Of a stretch of 64,000 bases of DNA, positions 39,041 to 50,360 are shown piece by piece. Where the stretch lies: contig CAJFCJ010000001.1 of NCBI GenBank assembly GCA_904063045.1, forward strand, positions 3,545,320 through 3,609,319. The letters run 5' to 3'. This DNA is from Dimorphilus gyrociliatus (Eukaryota; Animalia; Annelida). Within the stretch, counting starts at the first letter, position 1; every line of letters starts with the position of its first letter. A model generated the notes under the pieces. It saw only the letters and a program-made list of their open reading frames with translations. It was not told the origin of the DNA and did not search any database. A program made the position numbers and the translations under genes.

Positions 39041-42000
39041 TTCCCTCTTCTCTTGTTTAATCTGTAAACCACATTAAACCTATTTGTAAAAAGAGCCGAG
39101 AAAATTGGATAAATTTCTTGTTTATTTAATTAATTGCTAAGATTAGAGAAATGGTTTATTTTAAGAGTAAAAGAAAGAGAGAAAGAGAGAAAGAGAGCAG
39201 GAAAAGATCTAGAGGGAAAAATTAAAACAAAACAACTTTGCATTATCGCTAATACCATTAATTTACTTTTCCTCTTCTCTTCTATTCCCTTCCTGTACCG
39301 TTTCTTTGGCTTCTTTTAATTAGGCAGTGATAAAAATAATGTTATCGAAACAAAATACAGCGATAATTAAGTAAGGAGTCTAGTTTGCTAAACGCCCCAT
39401 TCGAGTTGTTGACAGTAATCAAAGTACAGCCATTAGACTCGTGCACGAGAGAAAAGGCGCTCGAGTAGAGGCTAAAAGAGATGCCCAATCGGTCAAACAC
39501 GGTTGAGAGGCATTGCGATTTAAGCAGTTAATTTAGACGGTTAACCTAACTGACAGTCTGTAAGCTAGCGAATTGACTGGATGACAAAAAGTAATTGGTC
39601 AATCTTTAATTAATGATTTAAATGATGGTGTCTAGCCAATAATTTACAATCAAAATATACAAGTTGATTATCCGGTGAAAGCCTACAAAGGAAAAACTAG
39701 TTTGACTTTCTATTTCCAGATCAAGAAACTCATTGACCTGAATCGTGACTCGTCTAATAATCGAATCCTAGCATCGATTTGATATAGAAAGTGTTGATCC
39801 AAAGGAAATTGACCTGTGTTTGTTGAGCTTTTTTATTTCGAGCTATTCATAGGATTTTGTAAAGCTATACTTGCTTTACCTAAAAAACTTTCAGTCAATA
39901 ATTTTTCATATTACACATTTTAGAGAAAAAAGATGAAATGCTTTCCAATTTCTTGCCCTTGCTCGAAATCTCCGTCTCTCAATATGTGTCTGTCTTTATC
40001 TCTCTCTCTCTCTCGCTTACTTGCTTACTTACTCATTCATTCATTCATTCATTCTCGCTCCCTCCCTCGTTCCCTCCCCCGCTCCCTCTCTCCCTCCCTC
40101 TCCTCCCTTAAACAATTCCCCCATGCCTTACGTCTATGTGATTCCTTTAGTTTCGACCAGTCGAACAGACACCCACATAAACATTACTTTTTTTTTATTT
40201 TTTTCCATATACAAGGAAATCCTTTTTGCAACAAATCGCGTCTAATTCAGCCTCTGATCGAGAGACGCTTCACTGTCTCTTCATCTCTTCATACCAAAAG
40301 TTATGTCTAGCGATTGTTAACATTTCTTCGCAATAATCAAATACAAGAAGCTCCAAGCTTAAATTAGAAGCGTCTAAATTTCTCTGGAGGATGAGTCTTT
40401 TTTACTGCTCCAAGATTCTCTTAGATATTCTACAATAAAGGAAAGTCTTGCAGCAAATACTGCCTGCAAATCCATCGAGAATATGATATGCAGATACTTT
40501 ATTATAGGCCTAAATACAACTAGAAATAAACTAATAGTACTTTTTTTTTTTATCATTCCTCTATATTTTAAAACCAATTTCTATTTTTATTTTTCCTTAA
40601 TCCTTTACTCTATGTGTGTGTGTGTGTGTGTCTTTATCCCTATCCAGTATATATATACACAATACACATTTATATGTCCCTTTCTTTATAACCCCCCATC
40701 CCCGTTCTCCCACTCTCTGTCTCCCTTCCTTTTCCATTTTTCTTTCCCTTTTTTCCTTTTACATCAGTTTATTAGCTAAAATCCATCCAATGGAGTGTAT
40801 ACTTAGTCGTCTACCTCACCTATATATATGTTGCCTAAATAGACAGATAAACGAACTTCACATAGAGCATTAGATGTATCTATTGACGCCCATTGGTACA
40901 TTTATCTATATATATATATATATATTCATATTTATTTATTCTTATGCTATTTTCAACCATTTCACCTAAATCGAATGTTGAAGACCTTTTAATTTTGCTT
41001 ATTTGTGTTTATTTTGTTTTTTTTAAGAATAAAAATTCTCCTCTTTTCAAGTCTGCTCACGTTTTTCTTTTGCAAACGCCAAACTTTCCCACAAATCAAC
41101 TCCCTAGATTCAATAAACAGACGTTGGGTGCGTGATGAACGTTGACCTTTTTTATTCTTCGATCTCGCTTTTCTTCCAATTTATTACGCTCTAAAAGTGT
41201 TTACAATCGACGCGTGAATGACGCCGATGAAAACATCCTTTGCATTACTATTTATCTATCTAGCCATCCATCCATCCATCGCAGCCCCTTCACTTCCCGC
41301 CACCCACAACCAAATATAGAAGGGTGTAAAATAGAATGGGCGTTACTAACTATGAGCTGCCTAATATTGCATTTCAACAGGCAGAACTTATATAGGTTAT
41401 ACGCAATCTGCAAGAGAATTTCCCAGCCGACATGCCCGCTCATTGCCAAACCCGACAGTAGTAGTATTTTTTTCCTCACTCGTATTATCTCGCTCACTCT
41501 TTTCAGCAACTGTAGAAGAAATTCCAACATAAATTTGCCAATAAATGCTCGGCTCTTTTCTGCTGAAAATTACTCAAAATCAGAGTGTCATGCGCTGGAA
41601 AGCTGCTACGGAATATTTGTTATAATAAGTCGAATTGAGCATGACTATTCCTAATTGCTCACTGTCACAAGCGCTTTACTAAATCAATCTAAACAACTAG
41701 AAAAAAAAAAGTACCAGTAACTTTTTGCCCTAAATAGAAAAAGAGTAAAGGAATACGACAAATTGTAAGATAACAAGAGAGAAAGAAAAGAAGAAAATAA
41801 CTTTTGACAATTACACAATTATACTCTCTCTTCTTTCCCCCTCGTCACACGCCCGAAACGTCGCCTCTGCTGAACTAATTTTCCAACAAAACTAATAAGA
41901 CACCTGTTTCAACAATTTCAATATATTTTCCAATAGATAACAAATATTCTACTTTGTTTTTTTCTTTTAATCCACTAACTTTTAACTCTTTTTCACCTCT

Positions 42001-42626
42001 GTTTTATCTATTATCGCCCTTTATTCAGTTTAGATATTCTTACGAATAATGTTTTAAAAGGCAGCCCAAAAATTTACCAGGGCAGCCAAGTTTAAAAAAA
42101 GAGAGTTGAAAGGTATCTTTAGGCAGAATGGAGCACTCTCTCCCTCGTTCTCTTTCTCTTACTTTTTCTTTCTTTCTTTCTTTCTTCCTCTCTCTCTCTC
42201 TCTCTCTCTCTCGCTCTCTCTTTCTCACTTTGTCTATCTATCTACCTATCTATCTCCCTTTTCCCTACTCCCTTCCTCTCCCTCTTCTCCCCTCCATATC
42301 TATCTGTCTGTCTTTCTTTGACAAAACTCTTTATTCGGCGCTGTCTAAATCAACAGCCCCGTAGCTGCGTATTACAGAAACATTACATAAATCCTTAATT
42401 CATTTCTTTTAGGCAAAGAATAACTCATTCGATTTTCATCTCTCTGCCTCTTTTTTATCTTTCGACAAAAATTCGTCGCCAACTTGTTTCCAGATGTCGC
42501 TATTAACCCTTGTAAATTTTTTTTATCACCTAGCAAGCCTACTTTCCTTTCAGTCACGTGATTGAATCAATACTGCATAAACACGCAAAAACATATTTGT
42601 TTTGAGAATTTACCGGCTGATTCGGA

Positions 42627-42809
42627 ATGTTTTGGTTTTTAACGACACTTTTGCTATTACCAACGATTATTTTGCCATTGTTCTATTGGTAAGTTCAAGT
42701 ATCGATGATGCATCTTTATATATTTTACGAGCCATAAATTATTGGTAAGCGTTTAATGGGCGAGAAGAACAATAACAATAACAAGAGAGAAAGAGAATGA
42801 GTTCGAGGC

Positions 42810-42856
<47 letters not shown>

Positions 42857-45800
42857 TTATTTATACTGGCAACTTTTCACACGGCTAGTTTGCTTCCTTC
42901 CTTCCTTCCCCTCCCTAGTTCCTTCATCAACAGTTTAAAATCAATTGATTTACCAACAACACATTCATTTCTCTCTTTTATCTTCTACTCACTCCTCCTC
43001 TCCATTACCAAATTCTATTCTTTTGATCATTGTATTGTGCTATTCTCTGCAAGCTTTCAGCCTCTCTTTCGCAGCCCGCTGTAGATCGATTATACCTCTA
43101 TTTAGCCTATACTTAAACTAGATCACTAAAAATATTGAATAGGTCACGTAAGAAGAAACTGGAATTTTTTGCGAATTTGGGTATCCCATCACCAGCTGCT
43201 AATTGGCTACTTGGTAATCTAATCGATTTTAAAGACACGGTAATTGTTTACTATTGCGATTGCTTGTTCTACTCAATTAATTAACTAATAAATTTGATTA
43301 ACAACCGTGATTTATCCTAATAGAATGTTCACTTGAAATTGATGGAATGGGACAAAAAGCTGGGGAAGATTTTCGGGTATGAAAGCAAAATATCTAGTTA
43401 CCTTACCTAACTAATTCATTCAATTTTAATAGTATTTACGAAGCAAGCGTTCCAGTATTAGTAACGTCAGACCTGGATTTATTACAAGAAGTATTTGTCA
43501 ATCAATTTCACGCGTTTCATGGAAGAAAGGTAAATTAATATTCTCTTCATCTCCCTTTTACTCTTATTTTGCTTTCTACCGTTTATCCAATAAGCGTTTC
43601 CCCGTCCAACCGGATGTAAACGACTCGAAACGGTGCAGTATCTTTATAACAGTTGGCAACAGATGGAAAAGATTGCGAAATATCATTTCACCTACGTTTT
43701 CAACCGCCAAATTGAAAAAGGTATTTATTCTCCGAACTAATTAGTATGCTTAAAGATTTCTAAAAGGCCTATTTTACGATATTACTCCCTTTCGTTTCTA
43801 CACCAATCAGATGTGGCCGGCATTGAAAGGCTGTACTAGTTTGTTTATGTCGAATGTCGAAAGAAACGTAAAGCGAAATAATAATGGCAAGGACACTAAA
43901 GAAGACACTATTAGGAATACGCCTATTTTTAAAGATGGTTGCGAAGTGGAAGTCTACAGGTCTTTCTCTATCTTTAGAGAAAAATCCGTTGCTAACGTTA
44001 CAATTATTCCATTGAATTTTCATTTCAGTTTATTACAAAAGTTCACTATAGATACGTTCTTTAAATTGGCTATGAGCGCCGATGTTGGAGCTCAGGGCGA
44101 TAAGGAACTTCCCGTTCTAGAGGCATGTAGAGATACGTTCCGTCGAACTTCGGCCAAGCACATGTCCTTTCTCCCAAAACTAGCCCGTTAGTTCAATATA
44201 TTTACTACAATTATAATTCACTTACAATTAGTAAACAATTTGCAGTCGTCGTTCAATCAATCCATTAATTAATTAATTAATTAATTAATCGCGTCTAATC
44301 AATCAAATAATTAGTTAATTTTAATTAATTACGTTCATCAAAAAGAAAATTAATTAATATTTTATTATTTCGTTTATTGAGCAGTTATAGTTCCGGAGGT
44401 TAAAGGAATATGCCGATTCATATTTCATAATTCAAAGAGGCCGAACGAAGATCTAATGAAAGCGTTCAATTCGAATATTGTTGAACAGAGACGTAAATTG
44501 ATTGCGAAGGGTGAAAGTAATCATTTTACGGACATGGTACAGTTGCTTATTGACGCGGAACAACCTTTAAATGATAAAGATTTACTGCTTGAAGATGAGA
44601 AAAAAGGATTTGGTAAAAGTTCAAAGGTTTTATCTTCAATGGTAAATGCTTTCTTTTTAATTGTATCCCCTCTCTCTTTTATTCTTTCTATTGATGACCC
44701 CATTCATTCAATCATTTCTACATTCATTCCTTCATCTATCCCTCCATCCATCCATCCATCCATCCATCCATCCATCCATCCATTTATTCACTCATTCATT
44801 CATTCATTCATTCATTCATTCATTCATCCATCCATTCATTCATTCATATACAGCATTTATAAACATACATATACATATATATATATATATATATTCTTTC
44901 ACTTATCCTTCCATTTCCCGCTCTTCAGGAAGTGGTTAATCAACTCGTGCTATTTCTGCTCGCTGGCTACGAGACTAGTAGCACAACAATGGCTTATGCC
45001 TTCTACTTACTCGCCTTAAATCCAAAAGTTCAAGCAAAATTACAAGAAGAAGTCGATAAACTGGACGAAGAAGAGGTGATTATTTTACTTTTCAACCATT
45101 AATTTATTCCATCCTCTGTTCTTTAACAATATTTTAGGCTAACTTTGACACTGTTCAAGAAATTCAATATTTAGATTGGGTTATAAAAGAAACACTTCGC
45201 CTTTATCCCATAGCTTCAATGTAAGTAGTCCTATGTTTTATTTTCAAAAAACTGCAACAACAACAACAACATTAAAACTAACTAATATACTGTACTAGAT
45301 TACTTTTTTTTGTCATTTACTCTCCTTTAACCCAACAACAATTGACAGGGTAACTGCCAGAAGGGCAATGAAAGATGTTGAAATTAATAATGTCAAGATA
45401 CCGGAGGGAACGTCTGTTTTGGCCAATGTATGGTCAATACATTACAATCCGGATATTTGGGGACCAACCGACCCAAAGGAATTTTATCCCAATAGGTTTG
45501 TCATTCAATTTTTCTATCAGTATAATTTGCTATTTAGAATTTCATTGTCGTTTTTTTGGTCTTCAAATAGGTTCAATGGTAAAGAATTACATCCAATGGC
45601 CTGGCTGCCGTTCGGAGCTGGACCCCGAATATGCATCGGAATGAAATTTGCCATGATGGAAATGAAATTCTTACTCTTTCAATTCTTCAGAGCCTATACT
45701 ATTTCAACAGTTTAGTCTTATCGTTTACCTTTTAAAATAAGCGTCGCATAAACGAATAACCGCAATAACCATCTTTCAATACAGACTGAAAATACTGAAA

Positions 45801-45877
45801 ATCCACTTACTCTATCAGATGGCGCTACAACAACTCCAACAAACGGCGTTCACCTGAAGATATCTGTTCGCCACTAG
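42627..45877 (+). CDS. Cytochrome P450, CYP3-clan-like, 13 exons, 535 aa
   Basis: Exons 42627-42688, 43143-43239, 43324-43376, 43433-43529, 43595-43720, 43811-43959, 44029-44186, 44385-44641, 44929-45075, 45138-45220, 45349-45495, 45571-45709, 45785-45877 sum to 1608 nt and stay in frame. N-terminal TM anchor, GIPSP..GN, WKRLR..ISPTF, I-helix AGYETS, KETLR, PNRF, heme motif FGAGPRICIG. Confidence 0.93.
44742..44847 (+). repeat. Compound (CCAT)n/(TCAT)n microsatellite in a CYP intron
   Basis: Directly visible; it produces the spurious SIHP/SFIH translation in ORF 44456..45019. Confidence 0.9.
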
Positions 45878-47790
45878 AAGTAGAAATATATAAAGAAATG
45901 TCGTTGAGTTGAACAGAAGTTATTGAACCGACTGCACCTTTAACAATTGAATACGTAATATATACGTAATCATTGTAATTCATGTTTTCTTTCAATTAAA
46001 CTATAATGAATAGAGAAATTAGGTTGAGGGTTAACACCCCTTCACCCCTTTCAATACTCTATACTGTATATAGCCACCGACCAATTAGTGCTTTAAATGC
46101 TCTCCTCCTTTAGAATTTAATAAAGAGAATATACAACATATTCTATTATATTTATCCTATTTATTAAACGATACTCGTTCTCTTTTGGCAAAGGAAAACC
46201 GATAGGATTAAGCTAAATTCAATCAATTTACTTCAGTAGTCTTGTTGAAAAACTATCACGAATGAATTGTTAATGATATAGTATCACTTATAAATTACTT
46301 ATACGTAGCTAATAAGTAGAAGGAACCTTCTACCGCCCTGCAATATTCGCATAGCTTTGCGAACGATTTTATTCGTCCAATTCGCCAGTCCATTAGCTAT
46401 TAAGGAACGGATACAAATGCACGTTCTCCCCCTCCCATATACAGTATCTAAGCGAACGGCTTCAATCTAAATAAAAGGGCTAAATCTCTTTCAACAGTAT
46501 AGATCCATTGGCGGGGAAACTGACTAAATGAAATTCTTTTCAACCGATGAACTATATTTGACGGATATATTTTACTTTTTCAAAGGAAATAAATTTCAAC
46601 ACCGAAACAAATTATTCTATTGAATTATCTCATCATTTTCCAGATCGGTTCATTCCATTTTGTTCGCTTAAACCTATTGACTGAACGTAACTACAGTCAT
46701 TCGGCAATGGAGTAATTTTGCTCTACACTTGGAAATTATTACGTCGAAGAGGAGGAAGAGGAGGACGACAGTTGCGAACTATTTATTAATGATAAATCGA
46801 AAAGAAAGAGACCAATAGGAAAACTCTATCGTATTTTTAATCTTTCGTAAATAATGTTTAAGTTTTTAGAATCATCACACAACGCTTTCATCAATAATGT
46901 TTGTTTGTCTGTTCGATAGACGATGTTTACCCAAAACTGGTCTAAAAGGAAATTAGTCACAAGATAAAAATATCTTCAAGTTTAGGTAAAAGTTTGTAAT
47001 AAATGAAACGCGTAGTGTTGAGTCTTTTTTTTACAAGGCAACAGCAAATGCTGCAAACTGTACAGCTTTTCCTTCCACTCTATTTCTACTCACAGCAAAA
47101 AGTGGCTCAATGTTTAAAAGAAAATGATTCAATGAAGCATTTATTGACAAAAGTTCATTTGCTAGAAAGAAACAAAGTTACGGGGTTAGATGATAGATAA
47201 TACGTTTATACTGTATATATTGAACAAGTTTTACTCATTTTGGATTTAGAGATTCGCCTTTTTCGTATTTTCTCCCCATCTTCCGTTCGTAACGATCCTA
47301 AATTCGCCCTCCATATAAACACCCCTCATCCAATCGATAATCTCAAGTCTTAGTTCGCCAAGATCATCCTTTTTTAAAACAAGCCAACATCGACCTATAT
47401 CCGATTGTTCTATACGGGGAAGGCGTTAGGTCCAATAATTAAATAGTTACCAATTGAGAAGAGTTGTTGGTGATTGTTATAGTAATGGTTCCAATTAAAC
47501 TTCTATTGATTAAAAAATACTTGAGTAGAGATGAGAAGAAAAATGGCGATTATCGTTGTTCCTAGTTCGTCAGCGCACATCGATAAAGAAGCAATGATTT
47601 CATCATTAAACGATTGACAATTGATTTTCTTTCTGTGGACATTTAAGATAGAGATTTAAAGAGAAGAAGAGAATCAAGAATTTAGTTTTCAATAGGCAGA
47701 CTGGGCAGTTGTAAGTAAACTCTATTAGAAATTCACAAAAAACTATCTTCACCGTTCCTATAATTCGTTTAGACCAGAAGCTCAACTGCA

Positions 47791-49958
47791 ATGTATCATC
47801 GTCTCGGAACTGAAAAGAGTTTATTTACTTTTACGCTTCTTATTCTAAGAGTCTGTTACGGGTTTATTGAAGAAAAGGAGAACATTGCAAGGAGTCTTAA
47901 TGCTTATCAATCGTATACTATGTCCGATGAATTAACGGCTGTAAATGCCATCAATTCTTTGGATGACTACAAGAAAACTTCAGCAGATGTTGCTCTTAGC
48001 GGTTGGTGGGCTACAGACTTGAATGGTTTCTATCAAATAACTGAAATATGCTTTTGGAATAAAGAAGATGAAAGTATAAATATACTGTATATACTAATAT
48101 ATTCGTTTCCTTTTCCTTTTCCTTTTCCCTTACAGTTCATTTTGCAAACTTTAAGGTCTATGCTGAGACTAATCTGCTGGACGAGGATAGCTTCTGCTTT
48201 GAACAATTGACTGCAATACATCAAAAATTTGTTGGGGAGAGCACCAGCTACTATTGTAAAACGTGCAATTGCCAAGGATCGTTTGTTCGAATAGCAAAGA
48301 ATCTGTCAAATCAGATGAGAATTACTGATGTCAAAATTAGAGGAACGCGCTTAAGGGATTCGGGTAATATTTTCCATCATTTTTCTTCATTTTTTGTCAT
48401 TTCTGTGCTCTTCTTTAACCGTCGCAGATGAAACCCTTATCCAATTAACTCATTCCAGCATGTATTCAGGAGAAGATGTCCCAAATATTAATACAATCCT
48501 ACTGGACGGTCTATTCTCCACGATTGTTCTTACTACAAAGCGAAAGAATGGAAAAAGTTTCCTAAGAGTTGATTTGAACAACCTAAACCGAGTGAAAATG
48601 GTCATTTTTGATACGGATAACAATCTAGGTACTAGTATTTTAGTTCCTTACTCCTTAGATGATCAAAAACAAACTACCTAGTCGCGATTGTATTTAGTTT
48701 GTTTACGATCATTTCATTCCCTCCCTATACCTATCCCTATCCCTCTCCCTCTCTCTTTTAGATAGTGATATTGTGAGTATGAAAATTTATGTCAAGTTCA
48801 TACCGGATACTTTCGAATACGACTCAAATTATCTTCTCGGTGAAATTCAACAACCGTACGAATCGAATCATAAAACCCATGTTGTCAGACATCCGCAATA
48901 TCTAACTGGAAGGTACGTTCTCTTTAGATCGTTCGCCGTTAATTCTATAAAAAACAACTATATAAGAATTGCCAACATTTTCATCTATCGCCATGCAACC
49001 GATGAAAGTAAGCGAACGAAAGAAAGCGAAAACAATTCCGAAAATACTCTTTCATTCGTGTCATCTTTTTCAGAAATTAACAATAAAGTTGTATATAAAA
49101 ATGTTAAAGTTAAATCGATTCTCAAGTCGAACGTGAAACTGACGAATAATCTTTTTGATAATCAATTTACAAGCTCGTCGAATGGTGTTACCATTCAAAA
49201 TGGTGAAATTTTAACATTGAAGATGGAACCAACAGTTGTCAATTGTTTTTGCGCCAAAGGTAGATTAAAAAAACAAACAAACAAACTAAAACATTGTTTG
49301 CATGTATCTTTTCAGTTTTCACATTTGGAATTGAAATCTCCAATGCATTTTCATTAAAATTGCATTTAAAATTTTTAAATACCCATCAAATACCTTCTCT
49401 AAACGCTAATTTCATTGCTGAACATACAATTTGTACTAGTTTTTCCGAGCGAATTCTTACGGCTGTCGAATTGATAAGTCAGGCTAGAGTTAGAATTGAT
49501 TCTGTTGCATTAATCGTGCATACTTTTCGAGGAAATTCAAGTTTGTATTTAAAGACACATTCGCTCAAGAGCTGTGTACCATTTAAAGTGTTTCTCTGCT
49601 ATTTTCATATTTTCAATGCTATCCAGTCGGTATAGAACACATTATCAGTCCTTGTAATCCAATGCGACACACCAGGATAACTATTCCATCGTCATTCTTG
49701 CAAGCATGTACTGGAATTGGATTCTACGCTGACGGAACCAATATAAGAACGCACACCGGTACTATAAAACTCGACGATGTGACTGTAATAGGAGAATGGA
49801 ATAATAAGCATCAAACTTGCTTTCCGGCTGGAGGAGCCTACAGCGAAAAACTTTTCAATTACGTTTATTTCTTTATGTGTAGAACCAAATTGATCAGTGC
49901 CGATATTTTAATCTTCAACGCTAACATTTCTATAACGGCTGTCTTCAGAATTGAATAA
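47791..49958 (+). CDS. Secreted protein with tandem F5/8 type C / F-type-lectin-like (galactose-binding-like) domains; 3' exon structure uncertain
   Basis: Hydrophobic leader; ENIARSLNAYQS, GWWATDL..YQI, C.GSFVRI...ITDVKIRG (domain 1); HSSMYS..DG...FLRVDL...GRYV (domain 2). Exons 47791-48073, 48136-48363, 48428-48628, 48762-49007, 49074-49259 and from 49316 all join in phase 1. The final join to the 49662-49958 ORF is unresolved. Confidence 0.65.
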
Positions 49959-50360
49959 CAAAACAGACAAACTAACTGTTTAGCACAGATATTGAAATTC
50001 AATATCTTCCTTGTAATAATTCTCTTGTCAATTGATCTTTATGCTTGATTGATTGATCATTTTGCCTAGTTTATTATTTCTTTGCAAAAAAAATAACATT
50101 AATTAATCGAAAAAAAAAGAAGAAAGAAAACTGGTAGAGAATATTTACATTCATTGATACGAAAAATACAAAAAAGCTAATTTCAGTTGAAAGCTGATTA
50201 ATCGTCCGAATAAAAATGGCGTTATCTTTCCAACTGAAAATTTTCCCCTGATTGGAGAATAGGGGGATAGGAGTGATTTGTTAAAGAAATGAGTGTGTAT
50301 TCTCGTTCAAAAACATCGAAAGCCAGTGGGTAACTTGTCGTTCTTCTTCTTCTTCTTCGC

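Noticed and set aside
41142-41654. 170-aa ORF and alternative exon-like frames upstream of the CYP
   Set aside because: TTG start, partly SSR-derived, no recognisable motif and no consistent splice partners.
2383-42557. Dozens of 60-135 aa ORFs rich in SLSL, ERER, FLSF, IYIY, SFIH
   Set aside because: They are translations of CT/AG, TA, TCTA and TCAT microsatellites and pyrimidine tracts, with no domain signatures.
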